Positions 48,474 to 60,024 are shown, counted from the first letter of the stretch. The stretch: 64,000 nucleotides of DNA from Candidatus Dadabacteria bacterium (GCA_026705445.1 JAPPAR010000001.1:8030-72029); one strand, 5' to 3'. The notes: generated by a model from the sequence alone, not told the origin. A program made the numbers and translations.

Positions 48474-50591
48474 ATGTCAGGCAATTCCCTCAAAGGACTT
48501 AACCCTTCCCAGCTTGAGGCCGTAACCCACGGAGAGGGTCCGCTGCTTGTGCTTGCGGGCCCGGGATCGGGAAAAACCAGGGTAATAGCCCACCGGATCG
48601 CCTACCTGATAAACGACCTTTCCGTTCCTCCGGGAAACATTCTGGCCGTGACCTTCACCAACAAGGCGGCGGCGGAGATGAAAAAAAGAGCGAGGGATTT
48701 GGCGGGCGAGCTGGCAAGCGGCATATGGATCGGTACCTTCCACTCGATCTGCCTTCGGATTCTTAAAATAGAGGCGGATTTTCTTGAGGGCCACACGAAG
48801 GATTTCGTTGTCTACGACCAGGACGATCAGCTTGGCCTCTTAAAGAGCTGCCTGAAAGAGCTTGACTACGGGGAGAGCCTTTTTTCGCCTAAGGGAGTGC
48901 TCTCCGAATTTGACGCCGCTGAGAACAGGGAGGGGGCGTCCTTCAGGGACGATTTTTATGGTCGCAGACTTAGTGAGCTTTATGATTTCTACAAAAAAGA
49001 GCTCGTGAAGCGAAATGCTATGACGTTTAACGACCTGCTTCTTCTTGCAAACAGGCTTCTTTCTGAAAACCAGGGGGTTTGCGTCCGTTACCAGGACAGA
49101 TTCTCTCAAGTGCTAGTAGACGAGTATCAGGACACAAACGTTTCCCAGTACCGCTTCGCAAAGACCCTCTCGCAGCGCCATCGCAACCTCTTCGTCGTGG
49201 GCGATGACAGTCAGTCGATTTATGGGTGGAGGGGGGCCGACATAAATAACATTCTGAACTTCGAGAAGGACTTTCCGGGAGCAAGGGTCGTTAAGCTTGA
49301 GCGCAACTATCGTTCGACACTTAACATACTCGGCATTGCGAACTCGGTTATAAGGAAAAACCCGGGCAGAAAGGAAAAAACCCTCTGGACCGAGAATCCC
49401 GAGGGAGAAAGAGCGCTGGTGTTCAAGGCCTTAGACAATGCCGACGAGGCCCGTTTTGTTGCGGAGCGGATTTCGGATCTGGCCGAATCCGGAGATTTCA
49501 AGTGGAGCGACGTGGCGATTTTCTACAGGGCCAACTTCCAGTCAAGGGTAATCGAGGAGGGACTTAGGGTCGCCAAAGTCCCCTACAGGATAGTGTCGGG
49601 AGTAGGGTTTTACCAGAGGGCGGAGATAAAGGATGTGATTGCCTACCTGCGGCTGGTTCAGAATCCGAGGGACGACGTCAGCTTCCTTAGAATAGTGAAT
49701 GTCCCGCCGAGAAAGATAGGGGGAGTCACGCTTCGGAAGCTTCGTGAAGCATCCCAAGCCGGCGGATTCGCTCTTTTTGAAGCGTCCGAATACTGCCAAG
49801 AACATGATCTCCTGCCTGCGCAGGCTCTAGGTGCCCTATCACGTTTTCTTGAAATCATAAAGGGACTTGGTTCGGCGGCGGAGAGTCGGCCGGTAGCACA
49901 GGTGATCAAGAATCTTCTTCAAAGTACGGCCTATCTGGATTACCTGGGGGATGATCATCAGAGGGCGGAGAACGTAAGGGAGCTTTTAAACGCGGCCGAG
50001 GAATGGGACGACATCACTCTTTCTGATTTCCTTGACCTCGTCCTGCTCGCGACCGATGAGGACAGGGGAGATTCCGGAGAGGAAAAGGTCTCCCTCATGA
50101 CGATTCACGCGGCCAAGGGGCTTGAGTTTCCGGCGGTGTTCGTGGTCGGGGTAAACGAGGACCTTCTTCCGCACAGAAGATCTGCGGAGACCCTTGGGGG
50201 TCTGGAGGAGGAGAGAAGGCTTTTCTATGTCGCGGTTACCCGCGCCAAGCGGCTGCTCTACCTGAGTTACGCTTCCTTGAGAACTGCTTCGGGCGGGACA
50301 TACCACACCCGAAGGTCTGCTTTCCTGGATGATCTCTCGCCCGAGCATGTCGTCTGCGAATCCCGCAAGAAAAAACTCTCTGGCCGAGATTCCGATTTGC
50401 CTTCGGAAGAAAAGACATACGAACTAGAAGATGTCGGCCTGAACTTAAGACCCGGACAGAGGGTCACCCATCACGTTTTCGGTCCCGGGGTCGTTAAACG
50501 GATTGACGGAAAAGGAGATAGGGCGGTGGCTACGGTCGATTTTTTCGGTTCCGGCGTGAAAAAAATTCTCGCAAGCTTTTTTGCCGACTAG
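48474..50591 (+). CDS. pcrA: ATP-dependent DNA helicase PcrA/UvrD
   Basis: AGPGSGKT, VDEYQD, VGDDSQSIYGWRGA, TIHAAKGLEF, EERRLFYVAVTRA. Confidence 0.93.
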   Translation: MSGNSLKGLNPSQLEAVTHGEGPLLVLAGPGSGKTRVIAHRIAYLINDLSVPPGNILAVTFTNKAAAEMKKRARDLAGELASGIWIGTFHSICLRILKIEADFLEGHTKDFVVYDQDDQLGLLKSCLKELDYGESLFSPKGVLSEFDAAENREGASFRDDFYGRRLSELYDFYKKELVKRNAMTFNDLLLLANRLLSENQGVCVRYQDRFSQVLVDEYQDTNVSQYRFAKTLSQRHRNLFVVGDDSQSIYGWRGADINNILNFEKDFPGARVVKLERNYRSTLNILGIANSVIRKNPGRKEKTLWTENPEGERALVFKALDNADEARFVAERISDLAESGDFKWSDVAIFYRANFQSRVIEEGLRVAKVPYRIVSGVGFYQRAEIKDVIAYLRLVQNPRDDVSFLRIVNVPPRKIGGVTLRKLREASQAGGFALFEASEYCQEHDLLPAQALGALSRFLEIIKGLGSAAESRPVAQVIKNLLQSTAYLDYLGDDHQRAENVRELLNAAEEWDDITLSDFLDLVLLATDEDRGDSGEEKVSLMTIHAAKGLEFPAVFVVGVNEDLLPHRRSAETLGGLEEERRLFYVAVTRAKRLLYLSYASLRTASGGTYHTRRSAFLDDLSPEHVVCESRKKKLSGRDSDLPSEEKTYELEDVGLNLRPGQRVTHHVFGPGVVKRIDGKGDRAVATVDFFGSGVKKILASFFAD

Positions 50592-52063
50592 GAAAAACAG
50601 CTCACGACGAGGCTCTTGGCCCACTCGGGAGAGGCGCCCGCGTAGCTTTCATGCTCCGGCTGCTCCGAGAAGGGATTCTCGAATATTTTTCTTACTTTTT
50701 CTATCTCCGAGTAGTCCTCCCGCTCAAGAGCCTCCTTTATTGCGGTCTCCATTATGTGGTTTCTCAAAACGTACCTGGGGTTGACGGAATCCATGAGCTT
50801 CTTTCTTTCGCGGTCGGGAAGCGAATTCTCCCTAAGCTCCCCGGCGTACTCTGAGATCCACTGCCGCCATTGTCCCGAAGCCGCGCAGAGTTCCGCAAGC
50901 CAGGGATTTCCTTCAAAAGAGCCGTCGCGGCTTACGTCGGAGAGGCTTCTGAGAAAGATATGATAGTCCGTCCCGGATTCGGCCAGCATCCCGAGGGTTT
51001 TTTCAACAAACCGAAGGGATTCTCTTTTTTCCTTTTCAAAGCCGAACTTGCGCAGCATGAGTTGTCTGTAAGTCTCAGAAAAGGTCTTGTTGTAAACCTC
51101 AATTGCGCGGACGGCCTGTTTTTTGTCCACTAGGCTTTCCAGGCATCTTGCGAATTTCCCGAGGTTCCAACGCGCGATTGCGGACTGGTTTCCGTAGCTG
51201 TACCTGCCGAAGTGATCCGAGTGATTAGAGACGTAATCCCTGTCGAACGTCTCCAGAAATCCGTACGGTCCGTAATCGAGAGTGAGACCCGTTACGGACA
51301 TGTTGTCGGTATTCATTACTCCGTGGGTAAATCCGAAAGCCTGCCACTTGGCGACGGTGAATGCCGTTTTTTCTGCCGTCGCGAGCAGAAAAAGCCCGTA
51401 GCCCTCCTTTGCCCCGCTCGGAATCTCGGGGTAGTGGCAGGCGATTACGTAATCGGCAAGCGTCTGGATACTTTCCTCTTCACCTCGGTAGTAAAAACCT
51501 TCGAACGAACCGAAGCGCACGTGGGTCTCCGCGACCCGGAGCATCATGGCGGCGGGTTCCCGGGTTTCCCTCTCGATTTTCTCCATGCCTCCCACTATGC
51601 AGAGAGCCCTCGTGGATGGAATTCCCAGATGGTGGAGAGCCTCGCTTCCGAGATACTCCCTTATGGAGGACTTGAGCGTAGCCCTTCCGTCAAAGCCTCT
51701 TGAGAATCTGGTGGTCCCGCATCCCTTGAGGTGAAGATCCCATCTGCGGTTCCGCTCGTCGATTATCTGCCCGAGCAGAAGTGCTCTCCCGTCTCCAAGG
51801 TGCGGATTGTAGACCCCGAACTGCCAGCCGGCGTAGTACATAGCCAAGGGGTCTGCGCCCGCAAGAGGCCTTTTCCCGCAGAGGTACTCGGCAAGAAGGG
51901 GGTTTTGTTTCTCGCCCGGGTCTATGCCGAGTTCCGCCGCCAGGGTTTCGTTAAACGCCACCATATGGGGGCTCTTGAACGGAACAGGATCTTTTTTCTG
52001 GTAGAACTCGTGTGGCAGCTCCGCGTAGGAATTCTCAAAACGAAGGTCTGTTATTTTTCCCAT
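50588..52063 (-). CDS. selO: Protein adenylyltransferase SelO (YdiU)
   Basis: LGDGRA, LKGCG.T.FSR..DGRA, HGVMNTDN, DYGP. Confidence 0.93.
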   Translation of the reverse strand: MGKITDLRFENSYAELPHEFYQKKDPVPFKSPHMVAFNETLAAELGIDPGEKQNPLLAEYLCGKRPLAGADPLAMYYAGWQFGVYNPHLGDGRALLLGQIIDERNRRWDLHLKGCGTTRFSRGFDGRATLKSSIREYLGSEALHHLGIPSTRALCIVGGMEKIERETREPAAMMLRVAETHVRFGSFEGFYYRGEEESIQTLADYVIACHYPEIPSGAKEGYGLFLLATAEKTAFTVAKWQAFGFTHGVMNTDNMSVTGLTLDYGPYGFLETFDRDYVSNHSDHFGRYSYGNQSAIARWNLGKFARCLESLVDKKQAVRAIEVYNKTFSETYRQLMLRKFGFEKEKRESLRFVEKTLGMLAESGTDYHIFLRSLSDVSRDGSFEGNPWLAELCAASGQWRQWISEYAGELRENSLPDRERKKLMDSVNPRYVLRNHIMETAIKEALEREDYSEIEKVRKIFENPFSEQPEHESYAGASPEWAKSLVVSCFS

Positions 52064-52192
52064 CTCACGACGCCCCCTGCGCTTCGTTGCGGATTATGCC
52101 GACGGAGGACCGGGCAGCCCGAGAAATCCCCGCGCCCGGATACGTACTAACCCTTGGTCCTATAAAGAAGTATAATATTCCCCCGGGAAATC

Positions 52193-52477
52193 ATGAAATA
52201 TAGAAAAAACAAGATAAAAACCGAACATTCGATAATAAAGGGACTACGGCGTTTTCTCGAGAACAACATCTCGGACCTTGACCACGTAACGGGAATCATT
52301 CCCGGGGAGATAAAGGTCGGCCGCGCCACCGGGGAGAATCTGGCTGTGAGCTACAAATACAGCACCCGAAGCGGGGCCAAGCTCATAGCGAGAAGCGGCA
52401 CTTCGGTGCAGGAGGTGTTTGTCATCACGAAGGACCCCGAGGAGCTAAAAGCGCTTATAGAGCGTCTAGGCAAATGA
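52193..52477 (+). CDS. DUF2103-like protein
   Basis: EHSII.GL..FL, IIPGEI, G.KLIARSGTSVQEVFVIT. Confidence 0.7.
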   Translation: MKYRKNKIKTEHSIIKGLRRFLENNISDLDHVTGIIPGEIKVGRATGENLAVSYKYSTRSGAKLIARSGTSVQEVFVITKDPEELKALIERLGK

Positions 52478-55400
52478 GCTTTCCCTGAGGGTCACCGCGC
52501 CTTCCCCGAGCAGTCCCTCGATGTTTTCTATGAGCTCGTCCCCGAAGTCGACCTTGCAGTTTCCGACCCTTAGGACGGCCTCTGAGTGGTTGGTCTTCAT
52601 GTCGATTATAACGGTCGAGTCTCCCGGGAACTTCTCGAGGATATCCCTCAGGCTGAGTATGTTCTGCTCGCTTGCCGATTTGCGGGCGATGCTTATGCAG
52701 ACAGCGGAATTCGTCCTGGTCTCCCTGAGCGAGGAGATGTCGCTTGCAAGAAGACGTATCTTGTCATCCGAGACCTCGATTTTCCCCTTCACTATCACCG
52801 GTTCCACCTTCTGTTCCAGAAGGGAACTGGACGTGCGCAGAGTGTCGTTGAACACTATTGCTTCTGTGAAACCGTTCAGATCCTCCAGGGTGAAGTAGCC
52901 GATGAGGCCGGTTCCCCTGCGGGTGTTTTTGGTTTCGAACGATCTCACCACTCCCGCGATTCTCACTTCGGAGCCGTCTCTTGCCCGTTTTATGGATTCG
53001 GTGTCGTGAAGGCGGCTGTATTTTTCAAGCTCGGAGGAGTGCTTTCGAAGCGGATGGGAAGATATGAAAAACCCGAGCACGTCAAGCTCGTTCTCGAGCC
53101 TGATGCGGTCATCCCAGGGTTCGGTTTCGGCAAGAGTCGGGGCGGCCACGGAATCTGGAAGGTCAAACAGCATTCCCTGCCCGTTCGCCGGCGTGTGCTG
53201 TTTCATGGAGTTGTACCCGAGCAGGGACTCGCAGGAAGCGAACAGCCGCGCCCTGCTTGGTTCCAGGGAATCGAAAACGCCTCCCTTTATCAGGCTTTCA
53301 AGTGCCTTTTTGTTTAGTTTTCTCGAATCCACCCTGGCGCAGAAGTCGAAGACGGATTCGAATACCCCGTCTTTTTCCCTGCTTCTGACTATTTCCTCGG
53401 TCAGGCCATCCCCGACGTATTTGATTGCGGTGAATCCGAACAGCACCTTTCCTTCCGACACCGTGAACCCGGAGCAGCTTCGGTTTATGTCGGGCTGCAG
53501 AACGTCGATTCCGAGTTTTCTGCACTCGGTTATGCCGGAGATCACCTTGTCCACGTTGTGGGCTTCCACGGACATGAAGGCTGCCATGAATTCAGCCGGG
53601 TAATGCGACTTGAGGTAGGCCGTCTGGTAGGTGATCATGGCATAGGCGGCGCTGTGGCTCTTGTTAAAGGAATACTCAGCGAATTTTTCGAGGGTGTCGA
53701 AAAGCTCCGCGGCCAGCTTGCTCTCGAGGCCCTTTTTTTCCGCTCCCGTAAGGAACCTTTTGCGTTGCGCCCTCATTTCGCTTGATTTTTTCTTGCCCAT
53801 TGCCCTTCGCAGGAGGTCCGCCTCCCCCATGGTGAAGCCCGCAAGCTCGCTCGCGGTCTGCATTATCTGCTCCTGGTAAACGAAGAGGCCGTAGGTTCCT
53901 CCCAGTATCTCCCGAAGCGCGGGATGCGGAAAATCAACCGTGCCACCGTTTTTCCTCCGGGTGAACTCCTCCGCCATGCCGCTGTCAAGAGGGCCTGGGC
54001 GGTAAAGCGCTAGGGCGGCCGTTATGTCCTCGAACTCCGCGGGCCGCAGCTTCGCCAGAAGATCCTTCATTCCCTGGGATTCAACCTGGAATATCCCCAT
54101 GGTTGCGCCTTCGCAAAGCAGGGCGTAGACCTTCGGGTCGTTAAGGGGGATTCTGTCAAGGTCGAATTCCTTTTCGTCTTTTCCCTGATTTTCCCTGACG
54201 TACTTAACAGCCTTGTCCAGTATTGTAAGGGTCTTTAGGCCAAGGAAATCGAATTTCACGTAGCCGAGCTTCTCTATGGAGTTCATGTCGAACTGGGTTA
54301 CGATCTCGTTTTTGCTTCCCCTGTAAAGCGGTATGTAGTCGGCAAGCGGCTCATTCGATATCACCACCCCTGCCGCGTGGGTGGAGGAATGGCGCACCAT
54401 GTTCTCAAGCGACCTCGCAAGTTCCACCGCTTCGGCAAGCTCCTTGTTCTCAGAAAGCCGCTCCTTTATTTCCTTTACCTTGCCTACGGCTTCCTTTATG
54501 CTGAACACCTTTCCCCGGAAAGAGGGGATCATCTTCGAGAGCCGGTCGACTTCCGCGTAGGGAAGCCCGAGCACCCTTCCCACGTCCTTTATCACGGCTT
54601 TCGAGGACATGGTTCCGAAGGTGCCGATCTGGGCAACCTTGTCCGCCCCGTACTTCTCCGTGACGTATCTTATTACCTCGTCGCGGTGCTCACCGCAGAA
54701 ATCGACGTCTATGTCGGGCATGCTCACCCTCTCGGGGTTAAGAAACCTCTCGAAAATAAGGTTGTGCCTTATGGGGTCGATGGCCGTTATGCCGAGGGCG
54801 TAGGCGACCAGGCTCCCGGCGGCGCTTCCCCGCCCCGGCCCAACCGGGATATCGTTTTTTCTGGCGTGGAATATGAAGTCGGAGACCACGAGGAAGTACG
54901 CGGAAAATCCCATCTTGCAGATGGTGTCAAGCTCCGAGCGAAGCCGCTCGCGGTAGGTTTCGTGGGACTCTTCGGGTATTTCGTTTTCCCGGAGCATTCT
55001 CTCGAGATTCCTGCCCGAGATCTCGCGCATGAATTCGTCAAGCGACTTTCCCTCTGGAGGGACGTATTCGGGGAACCTGTATCCCTCGTTTCTGAATTCG
55101 AAGTCGCAGCGCTCAGAGATTTTCACAGACTCCTCAATGGCGTCCTCGAAACCCTCAAGTTCCTGCGTCATTTCCTCCCTTGTCTTGACGTAGAAATCAT
55201 CGCTCTGGAATCTCATTCTCTTGCGGTCGGCCACCATGCTCCCAGTCTGGATGCACAAAAGTGCGTCGTGCGACTTGTAGTCCTCCCTGGTGAGAAAATG
55301 GCAGTCGTTGGTCGCCGCGAGCTTTATGCCCATGCTACTGGCGATTTTGCGAAGCTGACTGTTGATCCTGCGTTGCTCGGGAAGGCCGATTGCCTGCACT

Positions 55401-55915
55401 TCAAGATAGTAGCGGTCCCCGAATATCTCCTTGTATACAGAAGCGATTCTTATCTGCTCCTTCTGATCTTTTTTGAAAATGGCCTGGGAAAGCTCGCTGC
55501 TCATGCACCCGGAGAGGACTATGAGCCCCTCGTTGTGCTCAGACAGCATCTCGTGATCAACGCGCGGACGGCGGTAGAACCCCTCGAAGTATCCTTTTGT
55601 AACAAGTCTCGAGAGGTTCCTGTATCCCTGCTCGTTCATGCAGAGCACGGTGAGATGATAGTTCTTTCCGTCCGAAGGTTTTTCAAGCTTGAGGGTCGGG
55701 GTGACGTAGAGTTCGCAGCCTATTATGGGCTTTACGCCGCGGGCCTTTGCCTTTTCGAAAAACTCGTACGCGCCGAAGAGGTTTCCGTGATCGGTCACGG
55801 CAACGGCGGGCATGGCCTGGCTCTCGGCTCTCTCGATCAGCTCGTCGAACTTTATCGAGCCGTCAAGAAGCGAGTACTGCGAGTGTAGATGTAGGTGAAC
55901 GAAGGAATCTGCCAT
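52466..55915 (-). CDS. dnaE: DNA polymerase III alpha subunit
   Basis: FVHLHLHSQYSLLDG PHP domain, GRGSAAGS, MPDIDVDF, FNKSHS. Confidence 0.97.
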   Translation of the reverse strand: MADSFVHLHLHSQYSLLDGSIKFDELIERAESQAMPAVAVTDHGNLFGAYEFFEKAKARGVKPIIGCELYVTPTLKLEKPSDGKNYHLTVLCMNEQGYRNLSRLVTKGYFEGFYRRPRVDHEMLSEHNEGLIVLSGCMSSELSQAIFKKDQKEQIRIASVYKEIFGDRYYLEVQAIGLPEQRRINSQLRKIASSMGIKLAATNDCHFLTREDYKSHDALLCIQTGSMVADRKRMRFQSDDFYVKTREEMTQELEGFEDAIEESVKISERCDFEFRNEGYRFPEYVPPEGKSLDEFMREISGRNLERMLRENEIPEESHETYRERLRSELDTICKMGFSAYFLVVSDFIFHARKNDIPVGPGRGSAAGSLVAYALGITAIDPIRHNLIFERFLNPERVSMPDIDVDFCGEHRDEVIRYVTEKYGADKVAQIGTFGTMSSKAVIKDVGRVLGLPYAEVDRLSKMIPSFRGKVFSIKEAVGKVKEIKERLSENKELAEAVELARSLENMVRHSSTHAAGVVISNEPLADYIPLYRGSKNEIVTQFDMNSIEKLGYVKFDFLGLKTLTILDKAVKYVRENQGKDEKEFDLDRIPLNDPKVYALLCEGATMGIFQVESQGMKDLLAKLRPAEFEDITAALALYRPGPLDSGMAEEFTRRKNGGTVDFPHPALREILGGTYGLFVYQEQIMQTASELAGFTMGEADLLRRAMGKKKSSEMRAQRKRFLTGAEKKGLESKLAAELFDTLEKFAEYSFNKSHSAAYAMITYQTAYLKSHYPAEFMAAFMSVEAHNVDKVISGITECRKLGIDVLQPDINRSCSGFTVSEGKVLFGFTAIKYVGDGLTEEIVRSREKDGVFESVFDFCARVDSRKLNKKALESLIKGGVFDSLEPSRARLFASCESLLGYNSMKQHTPANGQGMLFDLPDSVAAPTLAETEPWDDRIRLENELDVLGFFISSHPLRKHSSELEKYSRLHDTESIKRARDGSEVRIAGVVRSFETKNTRRGTGLIGYFTLEDLNGFTEAIVFNDTLRTSSSLLEQKVEPVIVKGKIEVSDDKIRLLASDISSLRETRTNSAVCISIARKSASEQNILSLRDILEKFPGDSTVIIDMKTNHSEAVLRVGNCKVDFGDELIENIEGLLGEGAVTLRESSFA

Positions 55916-56047
55916 TGCGGGTTATGAAGTTAAATTATACACCTTCCCTCGGTTTCATCCAGTAGCAGAAGGAAATGACAACCGGGCCTTAATCGAGTAA
56001 ATTAATAGTCTAGTTTCCGACAAACCGGGTGGTTGAATCTTTACGTC

Positions 56048-57583
56048 ATGTACGAGGAAACGGAATTCAAGCTGTCCCTTTCGCCCGCCGTGGCGAACCG
56101 GATTCTGCGTTACAAGGGGCTTAAGCCCCTTCGCAGGGGCCGTCGCACAAAGCGCCATCTCGTAAGCACCTACTTCGATACCCCGCGCCATGCGCTTAGA
56201 AAATCCGACATAGTCCTTCGGGTGCGCGATAACGGCAACGGCAAGCAGCAGACTATAAAGGTGCCGTTCCAAGGCCCCGCAGGACTTCAGAATTTCCGGG
56301 AATGGACCGTTCCGGTAAATGGCGATTCCCCGAATCTTCGCGCCGTGGACGACCCGGCGCTCGCTCGCGCTCTCTCCCGTCGGCGCTACGAAAAGCGCCT
56401 AGGCACCGTGTTCATCACGGACTTCGAGCGCGAGGCGGTTCGTATCAGGACCAAGGGTGCCGAATTCGAACTGGCAGTGGATCAGGGAGTGATTCACGCC
56501 GAAACATCCTGGGGACGCATTGAGGAGCCTATCTGCGAAGCGGAATTCGAACTGCTCTCGGGGGATCCGGCGCGGATGTTAGACGTGGCCCTTGAACTTT
56601 GCGAGGCTTACGACGTACGCCTTGCCCACCTTACTAAGGCGCAGAGGGGCTACGCGCTCGTAAGGCCGGCCCTTCGGCCAAGACCGCTTAAGGCCCCGAA
56701 GGTCACGCTCACAGAGGATATGAGCGTGGGAGAGGCGTTTAATTTCATCATTGCTGGCGCGCTTGAGCACATGTTCGCAAACGAGATTCCGACCCTAGAG
56801 GGAAGGGCGGAGGGAGTTCATCAGACAAGGGTGGCTATGAGGCGCGTGCGCGCGGCGCTTCGGGCCTTCAAAAGAATACTTCCATATGACAAGCGAAAGG
56901 CCTTTAACGGAGAGTTCCGCTGGTTCCAGCAGCGCCTGGCCCCGGCCCGCGACTGGCAGGTGTTTTTAAGCGAGACCCTTCCCAGGATAGCCTCCGCGGC
57001 GCCAGGGCAGGAGGAAGCGATAGAGCGCCTTCGGCGCATTGCCCGTGCAGAGCGGCGCCGCGCCGTCGGGGATGCGGCCGGCTATCTTGAGAGCCGCCGC
57101 TACGCCCGTCTTCTACTCCAGTTCGAGCGATGGGTCGCGTCTGTGGAGAAAGAGGTCGGCTCAAAGACTTTCAGCCAGCCCGTGAAGCCGTTTGCAAAAA
57201 GCGTGCTCAGGAGAACATGGCGCTATTTTCTCGAGGATACGAGGCCCCTTTCGCGTCTTCCTGACGAGGATCTTCACGAAATAAGAAAGCGTGGGAAAAA
57301 GGCCCGCTACGCAACGCAGTTTTTCAACTCGCTCTGGAGCGGTCCCGAGGTTCCGCCCTTCATGAAGCTCATGGGACGCTTCCAGGACAGCCTCGGAAAA
57401 ACAAACGACGCGATAGTCGCGCGGCACATCCTTGCGGCGGTCAAGCCCGGAAGACTTGATCCCTCGATGGTCCGTCTTGCGCAGGAATGGTCGCAGGCTA
57501 GGGTTAGAAAGTGCCTTCGCACGGCGCAGCCGCAGTGGAGGCGCCTCGTGAGGATCACCCCGTTCTGGGAGACGGGGCAGTGA
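56048..57583 (+). CDS. CYTH and CHAD domain-containing protein (polyphosphate-associated)
   Basis: ETEFKL, YFDTP, EAEFEL (CYTH); VHQTRVAMRR, LHEIRKRGKKARY, QDSLG..ND (CHAD). Confidence 0.9.
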   Translation: MYEETEFKLSLSPAVANRILRYKGLKPLRRGRRTKRHLVSTYFDTPRHALRKSDIVLRVRDNGNGKQQTIKVPFQGPAGLQNFREWTVPVNGDSPNLRAVDDPALARALSRRRYEKRLGTVFITDFEREAVRIRTKGAEFELAVDQGVIHAETSWGRIEEPICEAEFELLSGDPARMLDVALELCEAYDVRLAHLTKAQRGYALVRPALRPRPLKAPKVTLTEDMSVGEAFNFIIAGALEHMFANEIPTLEGRAEGVHQTRVAMRRVRAALRAFKRILPYDKRKAFNGEFRWFQQRLAPARDWQVFLSETLPRIASAAPGQEEAIERLRRIARAERRRAVGDAAGYLESRRYARLLLQFERWVASVEKEVGSKTFSQPVKPFAKSVLRRTWRYFLEDTRPLSRLPDEDLHEIRKRGKKARYATQFFNSLWSGPEVPPFMKLMGRFQDSLGKTNDAIVARHILAAVKPGRLDPSMVRLAQEWSQARVRKCLRTAQPQWRRLVRITPFWETGQ

Positions 57584-57671
57584 GTATGGCTTTTCACGCA
57601 GCAGGTGATTATGTAAACTCACGGGTTGTGGGTGTTAGGACGCAGAATCTTATCGTCCAAGGAGACTGCAG

Positions 57672-59825
57672 GTGGCTTCTTCGGTAACGGACATTTCGAG
57701 CAAGAGGTTCCCGCTTCGCCCTTCTGAGCGGTATATCAACAGGGAGCTTTCCTGGCTTGATTTCAATCTGCGGGTTTTGGAGACGGCGGCCAGCAAGAAT
57801 GTTCCGCTTCTTGAGAGGGTGCGCTTTCTCTCCATCTCCGCAAGCAATCTCGATGAGTTCTACATGGTAAGGGTAGCGGGTCTTGCGGGACAGGTTATGG
57901 AAGGTGTGACCGACCGCAGCAAAGACGGCCTTACACCCTCCCAGTAGCTCGAAGCCATAAGGGGGAAGGTCCGTTCCCTGCTTGACAGCCAGTACGAGTG
58001 CGAAAAGGAACTGTTTTCCCTCTGCAAGAAGGCGGGGATCAAGATCGTAACTCCCGAGAAACTTGACCGCTCGGGCGCGAAGTGGCTCTCCGAGTGGTTC
58101 TCGAATAAGCTTTTCCCGGTTCTTACCCCGCTTGCCATAGACCCGGCGCATCCGTTCCCCTTCATACAGAGTGAGCGCCTTGTATGCGCCGTGCAGCTAA
58201 GCCGCGCCGAGGACGGAAAGCGCATGAAGGGTCTTATACTGCTGCCTTCCCAGGTGGAGCGCTTCATAGAGGTTCCGGGAGGAAAAAAAGTACAGTTTGT
58301 TCCGATCGAGAAGGTTATCGAGCACAACATGAAATTCCTTTTCCCGGGTTTTGAGGTTGAGGACAACGGAATCTTCCAGATCACCCGCGACAGCCTTCTT
58401 GAGATAGACGAGGACGCGGAAGACCTGGTAGAGACGTTTGAGACGGCGCTTAAGCAGCAGCGCAGGGGAGGCTCCGTGATCAGGGTTGACGTCAACGCGG
58501 ATATGCCGGATGCGATAGTTGACTTCATAATGGAGAAGATTGAGGCCCACGACGCGCATTTTTTCAGGATCAAGGGGATGCTCGGGCTTGAAAGCGTGAA
58601 ACAGATAATAATCGATGAGCGAAGCGACCTTCTTTACAAGCGCATGAATATCCGCTACCCCGAGAGGGTAAGGGAATTCGGGGGCGACGTAATAGCCGCC
58701 ATACAGCAGAAGGATTTCGTCGTTCACCACCCTTACGAGAGTTTCGACGTCGTCGTTGAGTTCCTGAAGCAGGCCGCGGCGGACCCGGCGGTCGTCGCGA
58801 TCAAGCAGACGCTTTACCGCACCTCGGAAGACTCCCCGATAGTGAAAAGGCTCATAGAGGCCGCCGAGACCGGAAAATCCGTAACTGCCATGGTGGAGCT
58901 AAAGGCCCGTTTCGATGAGGAGGCCAACATTCGCTGGGCGCACGATCTCGAGGACGCGGGGGTTCAGGTCGTGTACGGATTCATCGATCTTAAGACCCAC
59001 GCCAAGGTGTCTCTTGTGGTGAGAAGGGAGGGTTCTGACATCCGCACCTACACCCACTATGGCACCGGCAACTATCACCCCGTAAACGCCAAGATATATA
59101 CTGACCTCAGCTACTTCACGGCCGACGAGGCGCTGGGTCGCGACGCCGCCAAGCTTTTTAACTACATGACCGGCTACGCCACTCCTAAGAAGATGGAGAG
59201 GATATTCTTCTCTCCCGTAACGATGCGCCCGAAGGTGCTTGAATTGATAAGGGACGAGGTAGACCACGCGAAGGCCGGCCGTCCCGCGGTTATATGGGCC
59301 AAGATGAACTCCCTTGTGGACAGCAAGATAATAGACGCGCTTTACGCGGCGAGCCGCGCGGGGGTGCGCGTCGAGCTTTTCGTTCGGGGAATATGCTGCC
59401 TGCGGCCCGGGATGCCTGGGCTCTCCGAGAACATAAGGGTGAAGAGCATCGTGGGACGTTTCCTCGAGCACAGCAGGGTCATCTGCTTCGGCGCGGGGGA
59501 AGGGCTTCCCTCTAATGCCTGCAAGGTCTTCATCTCGTCCGCAGACTGGATGCCCCGCAATCTTGACCGCAGGGTGGAGTCGCTTGTTCCGATCGAAAAC
59601 GCCACCGTGAAAAAGCAGCTCGTTGAGCAGGTGATGGTCGCTAACTTAAACGATGTAGCTAACAGCTGGGAAATGCTTCCCGACGGTTCTTTCCGCAAGC
59701 TTAAAAGCGATGCGGACAGCTTCTCGGCTCACAAGTACTTTATGACTAACCCCAGTCTTTCGGGACGAGGCAAGGCGCTTGCCGAATCCAGGCCGGTAAT
59801 GCCGGCTGAGTTTGTGCAGGAATAA
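57672..59825 (+). pseudogene. ppk1: Polyphosphate kinase 1 interrupted by an in-frame TAG at 57945-57947
   Basis: [25 protein letters not shown], then TAG, then same frame with DPAHPFP, HHPYESF, KARFDE, THAK, GTGNY. Confidence 0.85.
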
Positions 59826-59828
59826 TTC

Positions 59829-59894
59829 ATGGCAGAGATTCTTTTCCCCGCCTCACCCTTCGGCAAAAACGGAAGTATGCGTGTATTATCTTAA
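59829..59894 (+). pseudogene. Decayed duplicate of the ppx 5' end
   Basis: MAEILFPASPFGKNGSMRVLS* versus ppx MTEISPPATPFGKAGTVAVID. Confidence 0.7.
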
Positions 59895-60024
59895 GTTCAG
59901 GAGATAAAGCTGGCAGTGTGTAGTGATTAAAAATCAAGCAATCTTTTACAAAATTTGAAACCACGATTAAAAAAAGGATAATTGTTATCAAGTTATTTGA
60001 GTGATTCAGGAGGAGATTTAAAAC

